IMG/VR virus record: IMGVR_UViG_3300042389_001027
Coordinates: 32,001-96,000 of that record
From: a virus
DNA length: 64,000 nt
Strand: one strand, 5' to 3'
A program made the position numbers and the translations under genes. This document shows, piece by piece, positions 39,068-48,503 of the stretch; the stretch's first letter is position 1; each line of letters opens with the position of its first letter. Under the pieces are notes generated by a model, which had not been told where the DNA came from, ran no database searches, and worked only from the letters and a program-made list of their open reading frames with translations.

Positions 39068-39876
39068 GTTTACGGAAAATTGAAAAGTACAGCGATATCA
39101 AGGTTCCTGAAGGCAAAATTGTTATCGTTCCTTGGGATAATCGTCTTTTAGAACTTCCCCCATACACAAACGATAGGGCTCCTCTTCCTCAGTGGATTAA
39201 GGACGCCCCCACCACACAAGGTTCAATTAGGCGATGTGCGGCGACAATGGATTATGTCTCTTCTGGCATCACAATCCCTGCGTGGACTAATTTTCGCTTC
39301 AATAAAATTGAAGGTGAAGATTCATGGGGTTTTTCTTGTGACCAGTTTGATGGGCATGGAACAAATGGGTTTGAGCATTTCACGAATCAGCCGTTTGCTT
39401 TTGAGCAAACAGGCTCGTGCCCTATGACTAAGGTACGAGCAATGGAGAATGTTGGTTACCCAAAGTTAGTTAACCCATTCAGAATCATTACTGCACCAGG
39501 ATGGTCAACGATGATTTTGCCAGTTCTTTACGAACCATCGCCACATTATTCCGTTTTACCAGGAATCGTGAATACTGACTATTATCATGAATCAAACTGT
39601 GTACTTAATTTGATTGGCAAAGAGTCGTTCACTATTCCATGGGGTGCACCTTTGATGCATCTAATCCCAGTAAAAAGAAGCACGCTTGCGCACAGTGTTG
39701 AATTTCTTGACGAAAGTGCATTCAAGTATGTGATTGGTCGCGGATTTGGTTCTGGTGCCCTGAAACCCACTGGTAATGGCTGGTCTTCTAGCCGTCTTTA
39801 TCGTGCGTACAGATTTAGGCGTGATGCAGAACTTGCTGAAGATAGCAAGAAAACAACGTGGTGGAAAACTAAATGA
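39064..39876 (+). CDS. conserved phage protein (DUF6065/dUTPase-like beta fold)
   Basis: IRRC...D....G..IP.W; K..NPF.I.T.PGWS; LPGIVNTD; IP.G.PL..LIP.KR. Confidence 0.55.
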   Translation: MSLRKIEKYSDIKVPEGKIVIVPWDNRLLELPPYTNDRAPLPQWIKDAPTTQGSIRRCAATMDYVSSGITIPAWTNFRFNKIEGEDSWGFSCDQFDGHGTNGFEHFTNQPFAFEQTGSCPMTKVRAMENVGYPKLVNPFRIITAPGWSTMILPVLYEPSPHYSVLPGIVNTDYYHESNCVLNLIGKESFTIPWGAPLMHLIPVKRSTLAHSVEFLDESAFKYVIGRGFGSGALKPTGNGWSSSRLYRAYRFRRDAELAEDSKKTTWWKTK

Positions 39877-40568
39877 TTTTCCCTGCTGGCATCGGTGGCG
39901 GTATCGGTTACAAAGACAATGTTTTAAGTGATGCGCTATGTGCTGACATTGTTGAGTACGCAGAAACGCACAGCAACATGATGTACGAGGGTCCGACTCT
40001 TGGGGGACTCAACAAGCAGATAAAGAATTGCTACGATTTTTCTTTGTCCTATTATAGCGACTATGCAGAAAACGATGAACAACGCAACGAATTAGCAAAT
40101 TTCAACAATCTAGTATTTGACTCTTTTTCGCCTGCGTTAGAAGAATACTGTTCCTATTACGAGGGCTTGGAGCATTGGACAACAAGGTACGACACGGGGT
40201 ATCAGTTTCAAAAATACCCAGCCAACGAAGGGTTTTACAAACCTCATTGTGATGGTGGCGTGTATCTGACAGGCTCCACTGCCACAAGAGTTCTCGGTGT
40301 CGTTATGTACCTAAATACTGTGCCTAAGGGCGGCGGAACTAATTTCCCACTACATGATGTCACTATTGATGCGGTATGCGGACGTATTTCTTTCTTTCCA
40401 GCGAACTTCACTCATCCCCATGCTGGATTGATGCCTCTTTCTTCCCCCAAGTACATCATCAGTACCTTCTGTTACACTTTGCCAACCGCCCCCAGTGTTG
40501 ATGAGGCAGTAAATAAACTTTCCTTGAATTATGTTGAGGAAGTCAGCAAAACAGATGATGAAATCTAA
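39873..40568 (+). CDS. 2OG-Fe(II) oxygenase (prolyl 4-hydroxylase-like)
   Basis: QKY..PHCD..RVL..MYLN..GGGTNF..FPANFTHPH..KYI. Confidence 0.88.
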   Translation: MIFPAGIGGGIGYKDNVLSDALCADIVEYAETHSNMMYEGPTLGGLNKQIKNCYDFSLSYYSDYAENDEQRNELANFNNLVFDSFSPALEEYCSYYEGLEHWTTRYDTGYQFQKYPANEGFYKPHCDGGVYLTGSTATRVLGVVMYLNTVPKGGGTNFPLHDVTIDAVCGRISFFPANFTHPHAGLMPLSSPKYIISTFCYTLPTAPSVDEAVNKLSLNYVEEVSKTDDEI

Positions 40569-40610
40569 TTTCAACTCTTTACAACATACACACAACTACG
40601 GAGTGATAAA

Positions 40611-40793
40611 ATGACTGAGCAAGTAAACCCACAACTCATTATTGATGAACTGGTCAAGCGAGTACAATCGCTAACAATTGAGAACGTTGTCCTGTCAGCA
40701 AAGGTGCAAACATTGACAGACATTGTCAATGCTCTCAACCATTCACATGATGACGAGATGGTTTCAGTAATCGGAGAACCAACGGAGGAATAA
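40611..40793 (+). CDS. small coiled-coil protein
   Basis: GGAG RBS; heptad pattern. Confidence 0.55.
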   Translation: MTEQVNPQLIIDELVKRVQSLTIENVVLSAKVQTLTDIVNALNHSHDDEMVSVIGEPTEE

Positions 40794-40796
40794 CAG

Positions 40797-42578
40797 ATGC
40801 CCGGTGCAAACGTATTTGCCTACGATGGCACTGGGTATAAGCCGACCGACCGCTCTCAGAGTGCTGGTATCTTCGCAAGAGGAGCATCTCTGTCGGGTGT
40901 TATCTATGTCTACCAGTTGTCTAAGCCTGCATCAGTTACTGTCGCGACACAGATTTGGCAGGGATTCCCTCCCACGCCAAGCCAAGTTACATTCTCACAT
41001 GGAACTACAGGCACAGCACCGAACTCCACCAACAGAACCACTATCTCATGGACATGTGACAGCAGTGCGCTTTTGTCCAAATTTGAGATATACCAAAAAG
41101 TTGGAACTGGTTCTTTCGTGGCGCTTTCCACAACAATCGGTTCAGGAGTTCGTAGTTATGCAGTTGATTCCCATGCCGCAGGTACGTTGTATACCTACTA
41201 TGTTCGCGCCGTAGGAATATCTGGGTTAACCAGAAACGGTGCAGAAAACTCTTTCACTCTATCTGCACCAACCTTGACTGGCGTGTCGCTCGCTGAACTA
41301 TCTAAAACATCTTCGTCTGCTACATGGAGACTTACTGTTCCTGCTGGAACATTTCAGAAAGTTGACTGGTATCGGTCAACGGATGGCAGCACATTTGCAT
41401 ACAGCACTTCAACAACAATTGGTTCATCAGCAACATTCGTTGACCATACTTGGTCAAGTATTTCGGAGCGGACAACACGTTGGGTGAGGGCTGTTTTAAC
41501 CAACTACAGCAACCACGCCACTGGCAATACTTCATCGGCAGCAATCACAACAATAAACCAACCACCTGGCGCCCCATCAATCAGTAGTGCTTCCGCAGTT
41601 TCCGAATCAGACCCTGGTGTTGGCGGTGGGTACGGTACAACGGGGGAAGTACGTAAGCGAGTGAATGTTGCTTATTCGCTTGCAGGAGATAGCGATTACA
41701 AAAACCATACTCTTTATGTTTACGGCGACAATGGTGCTGGAACTGGACCGAGCGGATATGTAACCGAAATTACCCGCACGGATGGAGCCAACCGTACGGA
41801 AACTGTTACTGGTCTCATGCCGAGCACTCGCTATTGGTTCCTTTTGCGCCAACGCGACAACAACAGTGGTGAAACAGATAACTCTCAAGGTTGGCAAACG
41901 GCGGTCACTCAAGCAGTAATTTCACGTAGCCAACAAAATGCGTATACGTATTACAGCGCAAGTGGCGTGGTGGATGGAACGGCAGACGGTAACTATCTCG
42001 TTGACTCTGTATCAACAGTCCCTAGTGAAAGTACGTACTCTTCTCATTCACGTATGTACGACAATGACACTGGTAACTTTTGGGTATCTGGCACTACTAA
42101 CACTGTCGGTTCCCCAGACCCTGGTGGTATTGTCCGTATTCGTTTTGAAATGAGCGACGCGCGAGACAATTTTTGGGATTACTACATTCGCGGATTCAAC
42201 TTCTATTTACCGCAGTCACACAACACAGCGATTCAAGTTCGCGCAGGAACTGGTGGGGCATGGCTTGGCTCCGCAGTGAACTCTTCACTCACGGGAAACA
42301 GCGACCCATATCTGTATGATGCAGTTAACCCTTCTTCTGGTCAAGAAATTGTTGACTGGAGTGTTTACGTCGGCGTAGACGACCCTACTTTCCGTGTTCA
42401 TAATGGTGGAACTAACGGCGGAACCGCATATTTTGCGGCTCGTTTCTGTTTACGAAACATGAGAGCATATTCAGGTTCTTCTGTTTTGAGGGCTGGGTTC
42501 TCGGAATTGCAAGGCGTCTATGTTAAGTACCGCACAAGAGTTTCCAACTATGTTGCGGAGACTTACAGGTACTATTAA
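40797..42578 (+). CDS. fibronectin type III repeat virion/adhesin protein
   Basis: ISWT..YTYYVRAVG and GLMPSTRYWF FN3 signatures. Confidence 0.65.
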   Translation: MPGANVFAYDGTGYKPTDRSQSAGIFARGASLSGVIYVYQLSKPASVTVATQIWQGFPPTPSQVTFSHGTTGTAPNSTNRTTISWTCDSSALLSKFEIYQKVGTGSFVALSTTIGSGVRSYAVDSHAAGTLYTYYVRAVGISGLTRNGAENSFTLSAPTLTGVSLAELSKTSSSATWRLTVPAGTFQKVDWYRSTDGSTFAYSTSTTIGSSATFVDHTWSSISERTTRWVRAVLTNYSNHATGNTSSAAITTINQPPGAPSISSASAVSESDPGVGGGYGTTGEVRKRVNVAYSLAGDSDYKNHTLYVYGDNGAGTGPSGYVTEITRTDGANRTETVTGLMPSTRYWFLLRQRDNNSGETDNSQGWQTAVTQAVISRSQQNAYTYYSASGVVDGTADGNYLVDSVSTVPSESTYSSHSRMYDNDTGNFWVSGTTNTVGSPDPGGIVRIRFEMSDARDNFWDYYIRGFNFYLPQSHNTAIQVRAGTGGAWLGSAVNSSLTGNSDPYLYDAVNPSSGQEIVDWSVYVGVDDPTFRVHNGGTNGGTAYFAARFCLRNMRAYSGSSVLRAGFSELQGVYVKYRTRVSNYVAETYRYY

Positions 42579-42631
42579 ATCACTCCCAAATAAATAGTTT
42601 TATTCCTGCTACACTATAGTGGAGGTGTAGC

Positions 42632-44605
42632 ATGGGGAAATTTCTGCGCATAACACGCGCACTTATTTTTATACCTGTCGCCATAATGGCATGGTTCACC
42701 CCAACTGGTGCACGAGCCGCAACCCCCGGTCTCCAAATGACCGTTTACAACAACTTCGGCCACAACGGCTCGCCACCACTTCCCGAAGTCAGTGGACGAC
42801 CAATCGTTGGGACAACGACAGTTGGGAACGTAAACCAAGACTTTGATGCAAGCCCATACTTCAACATGTACGAGGACTTCATCGTCCAGTACGAAGGACA
42901 CGTCACATCGCCTATTGATGCCGATATCAGTTTCCTCCCACCAGCAGATGACGGCACAAAGTTATTCATAGACGGCGTGTTGGTTGACGATAACTGGGTT
43001 GACAAGGGCGGTGGTGCAAACCCAACTGAGCCAATCCATTTCAATGCTGGAGAATCCAAAACGTTCACACTTTGGTTCTATGAGAACGGCGGAGGAGCAT
43101 GGGTTGAACTTTATTGGAATTTAAACGGTGGGTGGGAAATAGTCCCAGAATCGGCATTCACCCAAGATTTAGTAACACCAGCGCCCCCATATCTAAATAC
43201 ACCGAGCAATGTGCAGGTGGTATCCGTAACAGATTCAAGTGTTTCTATTTCGTGGGATACTCCAGAACAGTCAAATGCTGATGTTGAGCGTTACGCAATC
43301 ATGTGGTCATGTGAAACCAACTGGGATGCCGCATATGTAATCTCCTCCTACACAACCGAGGTGACAATTAACGGAATTGACTCTGGCACATCGTGCATTT
43401 TTCAGGTCAGGGCAGATAATGACACGATTCCCGTGTATTCACAATATTCGCAGTCTGTAAGCGGAGTTACACAGACAACTACAACAACTACAACAACTAC
43501 AACAACTACAACGATTCCTGAAACTACTACCACAGAACCAGAAACAACTACAACGACAGAACCCGAAACTACAACTACTGAGCCTGAAACAACAGTTCCA
43601 GAAACAACTACAACTACTGAGCCAGAACCCGAAACTACGACTACAACGGAAGTAGAGGTTCCAGTTGGAACAACAACCCCAGAAGAAACAGTTGAAGAAA
43701 CGCTACCTGAACCAACAGAACCACCCGAAACAACGCCGCCGACGAGCGAACCAGAGGTAGACGTCCCACAAGATGTTCAAGATACCGCTGATGCAGCCGT
43801 TGATGAGATTTTCACGGCATCCACGAATATTGAAGAGTTGGCTGATGCTGTTGATGAACTTGTTGGAGAGGCTGAAACACCAGAGGAATTGGTCGCAGTC
43901 ATTGGGGCTCTTCTTGGGAAAGATTTAACCGAAGAGCAGTTTGATGCCGTTATTGATTCTGTGTTCTCTGAGCCTTTATCGGACGAGAACTTCACTGCTG
44001 CTCTTGAAGCAGTTTTTGAAGAACCACTCACAGATGAGCAGTTTGATGCTGTCATCACAGCAGTCCTTGATGAACCTATCTCCAATGAACAATTTGAGGA
44101 ACTTGTGAATGTTCTTGAGTCCGACTCGGTATCCGAGGAACAGGTTGTTGCTGCTGTTGATGAGATTATTCAGAATCAAATTTCTGAAGAACAGGCTGTT
44201 GACCTCGCAACGAGCGAAAAAGTCTTGCAAAGTATTGACGGCGAGCAGGCTACAGAAATCTTTGATGCTGTTGACATCTCGGAAATAAACCCTGAAGAGG
44301 CTGAACAACTTGTTGCGGCTGTTCAAGATGCCCCAACGGAAGTTAAAGAAGCATTTGAGGGCGAAATCAACATCTTTGAAGGCGCCGTTGACACCTATGT
44401 GCCGCTTGGCTCAACGGTGAGTGTCGGTACACGTCGTGTCGTAGTTGCTGCCGCTGGTGTATTATTTGTAGCACCGACTATTGCGGCTATACCTCCTACA
44501 GCCCCAATAAATGGTAGCGGTAATAATAATCCGACTCCAAATAATAGTGGTGCTGGGAGTGCTTCAATGTCCGTAGAACCACGCAGGAGGGTCAGAGGAA
44601 AATGA
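42632..44605 (+). CDS. secreted/membrane-anchored PA14 + FN3 protein with Thr/Glu/Pro linker and acidic helical repeats
   Basis: Signal peptide ending ARA; ADDGTKLFIDG..FYENGGGA (PA14); ISWDTP..FQVRADN (FN3); C-terminal hydrophobic segment. Confidence 0.75.
   Translation: MGKFLRITRALIFIPVAIMAWFTPTGARAATPGLQMTVYNNFGHNGSPPLPEVSGRPIVGTTTVGNVNQDFDASPYFNMYEDFIVQYEGHVTSPIDADISFLPPADDGTKLFIDGVLVDDNWVDKGGGANPTEPIHFNAGESKTFTLWFYENGGGAWVELYWNLNGGWEIVPESAFTQDLVTPAPPYLNTPSNVQVVSVTDSSVSISWDTPEQSNADVERYAIMWSCETNWDAAYVISSYTTEVTINGIDSGTSCIFQVRADNDTIPVYSQYSQSVSGVTQTTTTTTTTTTTTTIPETTTTEPETTTTTEPETTTTEPETTVPETTTTTEPEPETTTTTEVEVPVGTTTPEETVEETLPEPTEPPETTPPTSEPEVDVPQDVQDTADAAVDEIFTASTNIEELADAVDELVGEAETPEELVAVIGALLGKDLTEEQFDAVIDSVFSEPLSDENFTAALEAVFEEPLTDEQFDAVITAVLDEPISNEQFEELVNVLESDSVSEEQVVAAVDEIIQNQISEEQAVDLATSEKVLQSIDGEQATEIFDAVDISEINPEEAEQLVAAVQDAPTEVKEAFEGEINIFEGAVDTYVPLGSTVSVGTRRVVVAAAGVLFVAPTIAAIPPTAPINGSGNNNPTPNNSGAGSASMSVEPRRRVRGK
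43475..43512 (+). repeat. 9-bp tandem repeat (ACAACAACT)n encoding poly-Thr
   Basis: About four in-frame copies. Confidence 0.85.
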
Positions 44606-44784
44606 AATACGTCAAAAAACTCGTGAATGAAGGTCACTCGCTTGCTTGGACGTTGGCTGGAACGGCACTCGTTCTCATCACTCTTTCTGGCGACACCAAA
44701 TCAAAAGGTCTTTGGATTAGCGGTATAGCCCTTGGCGCACACCTGATTGGCGTCCTTGTCAAGAAAGACGAAAACAATGAATAA
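44602..44784 (+). CDS. small two-TM membrane protein
   Basis: Two hydrophobic helices; ATGA overlap. Confidence 0.6.
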   Translation: MKYVKKLVNEGHSLAWTLAGTALVLITLSGDTKSKGLWISGIALGAHLIGVLVKKDENNE

Positions 44785-46180
44785 ATCTATTCGCAAAGCA
44801 ATTCCGCTAATCACTGGAGTGACGCTCCTCCTTCTTGGCTTGTCAATGATTGCTGAAACAGCATCACCTCAGAAAAATGTTGCCTACGCAACAACTGGCG
44901 GCGGACCAATCGTCCTTGACGGCATGGACCCTGTTTGCCACTCAGGCTGGGAATCAACTGGACAATACATTGCGAAAGTCCTAAAGAAAGTTCATGACGG
45001 CGCGGTAAACCCAAACAACGGTCGTATCGCTATCGTTGGGTCAAACGAAACAACCACATCATGCGGGTCAACATGGGCAACGCAACTCAGCACACAATTC
45101 TTGGCTGAATTCACGACCGCACCAAGTGTTGATTTCTACACAACCGATGCCCAAATTAACAGTTTCTTCGCCACAACAATTACTTCAGCATCCCCAGCAG
45201 TTCTCTGGATTCCAGACAACTGGAACAGGGGCGCAGCGACAGAAGCAATCTTCACAACCAATGCTGAAAAAATTGCTGACTTCGTGAACAGCGGTGGCGG
45301 GCTATTCGCCAACATGGGCTCGTACGGCTGGTTGACAGCACTTCTTCCGAGCGCAACCTACAACAATGGTGGATGCAACGGCGGTCCAGAAGCGACCGCT
45401 GATGGAATCGCAGATTTCGGTCTAACCAACACTCTTGTCGCTGCCTGCTGGCATGGATATTTCACAGGGAATGTCGGCACCCTGAAGACACTTGTTGACT
45501 ACCCGTACCCGAGCGCCTCGGATACCCGCAAATCTGTCTCAATCGGCGGTGGCGCAGTATCCCTTCCAAGTTCCTTCACATTGGGTATTTCCCCCGAGAA
45601 TCCTGCCGCTGGCGAAGACCTCGTTATTACCGCCCTTGCGCAGACCTTGGCTGGCGTCCCTCAGGCTGGCGTTGTCGTATCAGTAACTGTCAGTAGCGGA
45701 CCAGACGCTGGACAAACCTTCACAGCGACCACTAACGCCTCTGGTGTTGCCACAATTACTGTTCGGACAAATTCAGTCGGAACTGCGGTTTATACAGCGA
45801 CCGCCACGGTGAATGGTGTCGCTAAAACAGTATCCAAGACTGTTACATGGAATCCTCCAACAACAACCCTTCCACCCCCAACGACGGTTCCACCTACTAC
45901 AGAGGCTCCGACTACGACCGTAGCCCCTACTACAACTGAGTCACCAACTACGACCGTAGCCCCCACTACGACTGTTGCTCCAACAACTACAGAGTCCCCA
46001 ACAACAACTCAAGTGGTTATTGAGACGACAACAACCGTTCATGACCATTCAACACATAGTCACGGACCGCTCCCAGATACTGGAAGCAAATCTGGCAGAA
46101 ACACCCTGTTCGGTTTCTACCTCATCCTCTTTGGGGTCTTCGTACTTTCCCTCTCGTACATCAGGAGAAAAGCATCATGA
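44777..46180 (+). CDS. LPXTG cell-wall-anchored surface protein (Ig-like domain, Thr-rich stalk)
   Basis: Signal peptide; TTNASGVAT Big_1-like motif; PTTT repeats; LPDTG + TM + RRK. Confidence 0.78.
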   Translation: MNKSIRKAIPLITGVTLLLLGLSMIAETASPQKNVAYATTGGGPIVLDGMDPVCHSGWESTGQYIAKVLKKVHDGAVNPNNGRIAIVGSNETTTSCGSTWATQLSTQFLAEFTTAPSVDFYTTDAQINSFFATTITSASPAVLWIPDNWNRGAATEAIFTTNAEKIADFVNSGGGLFANMGSYGWLTALLPSATYNNGGCNGGPEATADGIADFGLTNTLVAACWHGYFTGNVGTLKTLVDYPYPSASDTRKSVSIGGGAVSLPSSFTLGISPENPAAGEDLVITALAQTLAGVPQAGVVVSVTVSSGPDAGQTFTATTNASGVATITVRTNSVGTAVYTATATVNGVAKTVSKTVTWNPPTTTLPPPTTVPPTTEAPTTTVAPTTTESPTTTVAPTTTVAPTTTESPTTTQVVIETTTTVHDHSTHSHGPLPDTGSKSGRNTLFGFYLILFGVFVLSLSYIRRKAS

Positions 46181-46431
46181 CAATCATTTCTAATGTTCTT
46201 CTGCGAATCGTCGCAGTGTTCGCAGCATCAGGGCTTGGCGTTATCGGCGCTGGCGCAATCGCTGGAGTAAGCCTCTGGAAAGCATGCTTTATGGCTGGCA
46301 TGGCTGGCGTAGCAACTGTCGTAGAAGGTCTTGCTCGCGAATTCCTTGATGACGGAAAACTTGACGCTGACGAAATTAACGGTGTTTTCAATAAGGTTGA
46401 CAAAAAAGCGCAACCGCAAGTTGCTGAATAA
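46177..46431 (+). CDS. holin-like membrane protein
   Basis: Two TM segments, DDGKL..EIN..F tail; directly upstream of the endolysin. Confidence 0.6.
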   Translation: MTIISNVLLRIVAVFAASGLGVIGAGAIAGVSLWKACFMAGMAGVATVVEGLAREFLDDGKLDADEINGVFNKVDKKAQPQVAE

Positions 46432-46503
46432 TAGGATTGACTAGTTTGGTATAATGGCTATGGAGCAAAAAACTCCGCACCCAGTATCAAACAAAGGAAA
46501 ATC

Positions 46504-47307
46504 ATGACACTCCCGTACATCAAACTCGTAGTTCCTACAGCACTTACGAAGTTCAAGAACGGACAATTGCCTGCAAACGTTCTGGGGAAAGTTAAGACTG
46601 GCGGGCTCATGTATGCCCCCGTCGCCGAACAATTCAACAAAATGTATGACGCCGCTCTTGCCGCTGGACACAAACTCAAGAATGTGGGCGACTACCGCTC
46701 ATTTGAAGGTCAACTTGCCATGTTCCGTGACCGCTACGTCCTTGAGAACACAGGGACAGGCGTAACACGTACCTATGAAGGCAAGACATGGTACCTCAAG
46801 AAGGGCAAGGCTCCTTCGGCAGCACCAGACCCAACTGGGTTGAAGGGCTCCAACCACGGTTGGGGACTCGCCATTGACCTCGGGTACGAGTCTGGCGGAA
46901 AGTTAGTTGGCATGGGCGGTGCGTGCTTTGACTGGATGTGCGCCAATGCTCCGAAGTACGGTTTCTACCTTCAGGGCAATGACCGCAACTCTAAAGAGTT
47001 TGAGGCGTGGCACTGGCAGTACTGCCTCGGTGACAAGACCCCAGACGGCTCTGCAGCAGCCGCTCCTGCCGCTCCCGCTCCCGCAGCCGCTCCTACTGGT
47101 GGATTGAAGTTTGATTACCCAGGTACTCCAGTAAAGCAAGGCTCCAAGGGAGACGCAGCGAAACTCGTCCAATCAATCATCGGCGCTAAGCCAGATGGTG
47201 ATTTCGGTCCGAAGTCAACCGCTGCCCTCAAGGCTTGGCAAACCGCAAATGGTTTAACGGCAGATGGCGTTGTTGGTCCTGTGACATGGAAGAAGATGTT
47301 CGGCTGA
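46504..47307 (+). CDS. endolysin: M15 (VanY-like) peptidase + peptidoglycan-binding domain
   Basis: YRS..Q, SNHGWGLAIDL, EAWHWQY; Ala/Pro linker; DGDFGPKS..WQ..GL.ADGVVGPVTW. Confidence 0.88.
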   Translation: MTLPYIKLVVPTALTKFKNGQLPANVLGKVKTGGLMYAPVAEQFNKMYDAALAAGHKLKNVGDYRSFEGQLAMFRDRYVLENTGTGVTRTYEGKTWYLKKGKAPSAAPDPTGLKGSNHGWGLAIDLGYESGGKLVGMGGACFDWMCANAPKYGFYLQGNDRNSKEFEAWHWQYCLGDKTPDGSAAAAPAAPAPAAAPTGGLKFDYPGTPVKQGSKGDAAKLVQSIIGAKPDGDFGPKSTAALKAWQTANGLTADGVVGPVTWKKMFG

Positions 47308-47387
47308 ACTAAACCGAACGACACGCTTCTTTTGGATGCAGTCATTTTTTCAAACTTAGCCATAACAACCTGATGTAGTCTTACCTT

Positions 47388-47726
47388 ATGGAAAAGACTC
47401 AGGCTGACGAAGTTTCATGGCACAACGACGGGCATATTCTTGTCTTGCAACTCAGCGCAAGCACTCTACGAATCCTTGAGACAGTTTGTCCTCATGAAGA
47501 TAGCGAGACTGCCGCTTGCCGTCACGCAGATGCGAAGTGTGCGGTTGAATGGTTTATCACCCGATTTGGATTTGAGTGCAATGTTGGTGTCTGCGCCCCC
47601 GAGGAAAGACTTCAGGTTGCATGGGCGTTCGCTGGCGACTGGCATCGCGAACTAGAACAGGGTCAAGTCTGGATAATGCCAGTAAATGATGAGGCTTTTG
47701 CCGCTTGGATTGTCACTCAGCAGTAG
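47388..47726 (+). CDS. hypothetical Cys-containing protein
   Basis: ORF with a possible leaderless start (TAGTCT 6 nt upstream). Confidence 0.55.
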   Translation: MEKTQADEVSWHNDGHILVLQLSASTLRILETVCPHEDSETAACRHADAKCAVEWFITRFGFECNVGVCAPEERLQVAWAFAGDWHRELEQGQVWIMPVNDEAFAAWIVTQQ

Positions 47727-48201
47727 TGCTATCACTGGCACCTTGCTGGCGTTCTTTTAGTAGGTGCCCGATAACGAGAAATAGCCCTCGTATATCACTG
47801 TGATTTTCAAGAGATAAGCCGACAATTCTGTACTCATTTCTTCCATTGACTTTTGTTCTTGCTATGAGCCCATCATCCAGCAGTTTTGCTATTGCTTTAA
47901 TGATGCTTGATTCTGTTGTGCCAAGAAGAACAGACATTTCTCGCACTGTCAGATTCGGCTTCTGAATTAGTAGCGACAAAACTCTTCCCGCAGGAGTCAA
48001 TAGACTCGTGACGTTTCTATCTCCGTAGTCAATGACATTCTGTTCCCCAAGAGTAAGAAGAATCTCTTCAACAATTGACGCAATGTCTGCACCCGAATTA
48101 ATGCCTACTTCAAGAGTTCGCTCAAGAGGAGTACGCAAAACATGGTCTCGTTTATTTGAATAACGTGAAGACATTGAACTCCTAGACACGGACGTAAACA
48201 T
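47713..48201 (-). CDS. winged-helix (MarR/ArsR-like) transcriptional regulator
   Basis: RVLSLL..P.LTVREMSVLLGTTESSI.KAIAKLLDDGLIAR; true start uncertain. Confidence 0.7.
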   Translation of the reverse strand: MFTSVSRSSMSSRYSNKRDHVLRTPLERTLEVGINSGADIASIVEEILLTLGEQNVIDYGDRNVTSLLTPAGRVLSLLIQKPNLTVREMSVLLGTTESSIIKAIAKLLDDGLIARTKVNGRNEYRIVGLSLENHSDIRGLFLVIGHLLKERQQGASDSTTAE

Positions 48202-48260
48202 AGTCTATAGTTATTCACGTCCACGTGCGTTTCCATTCGCGCAATTGATGGGGGTAACAA

Positions 48261-48503
48261 ATGTCGGAACTTGCAGAACGGCTGAATCGCTTACAAGCGC
48301 AACAAAATCAACCATGCCCAGTTACGAAACTTTTTAACTCCCTAGATAAAGAAACAGCGGATGTTCTTAAGCGCGTAATGGATGGTAAGGCGTCAACACG
48401 AGAAATACATAGCGAGTTAGCGTCTGCTGGATACCGAATCGGCAGGGACACAATAGCCGCACACCGCAACGGCTGGTGTCGTTGTCAAGGAGTAGAGCAA
48501 TGA
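48261..48503 (+). CDS. small HTH/Zn-binding protein
   Basis: CPV...STREIHSEL..G..IGRDTIAAHRNGWCRC. Confidence 0.6.
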   Translation: MSELAERLNRLQAQQNQPCPVTKLFNSLDKETADVLKRVMDGKASTREIHSELASAGYRIGRDTIAAHRNGWCRCQGVEQ

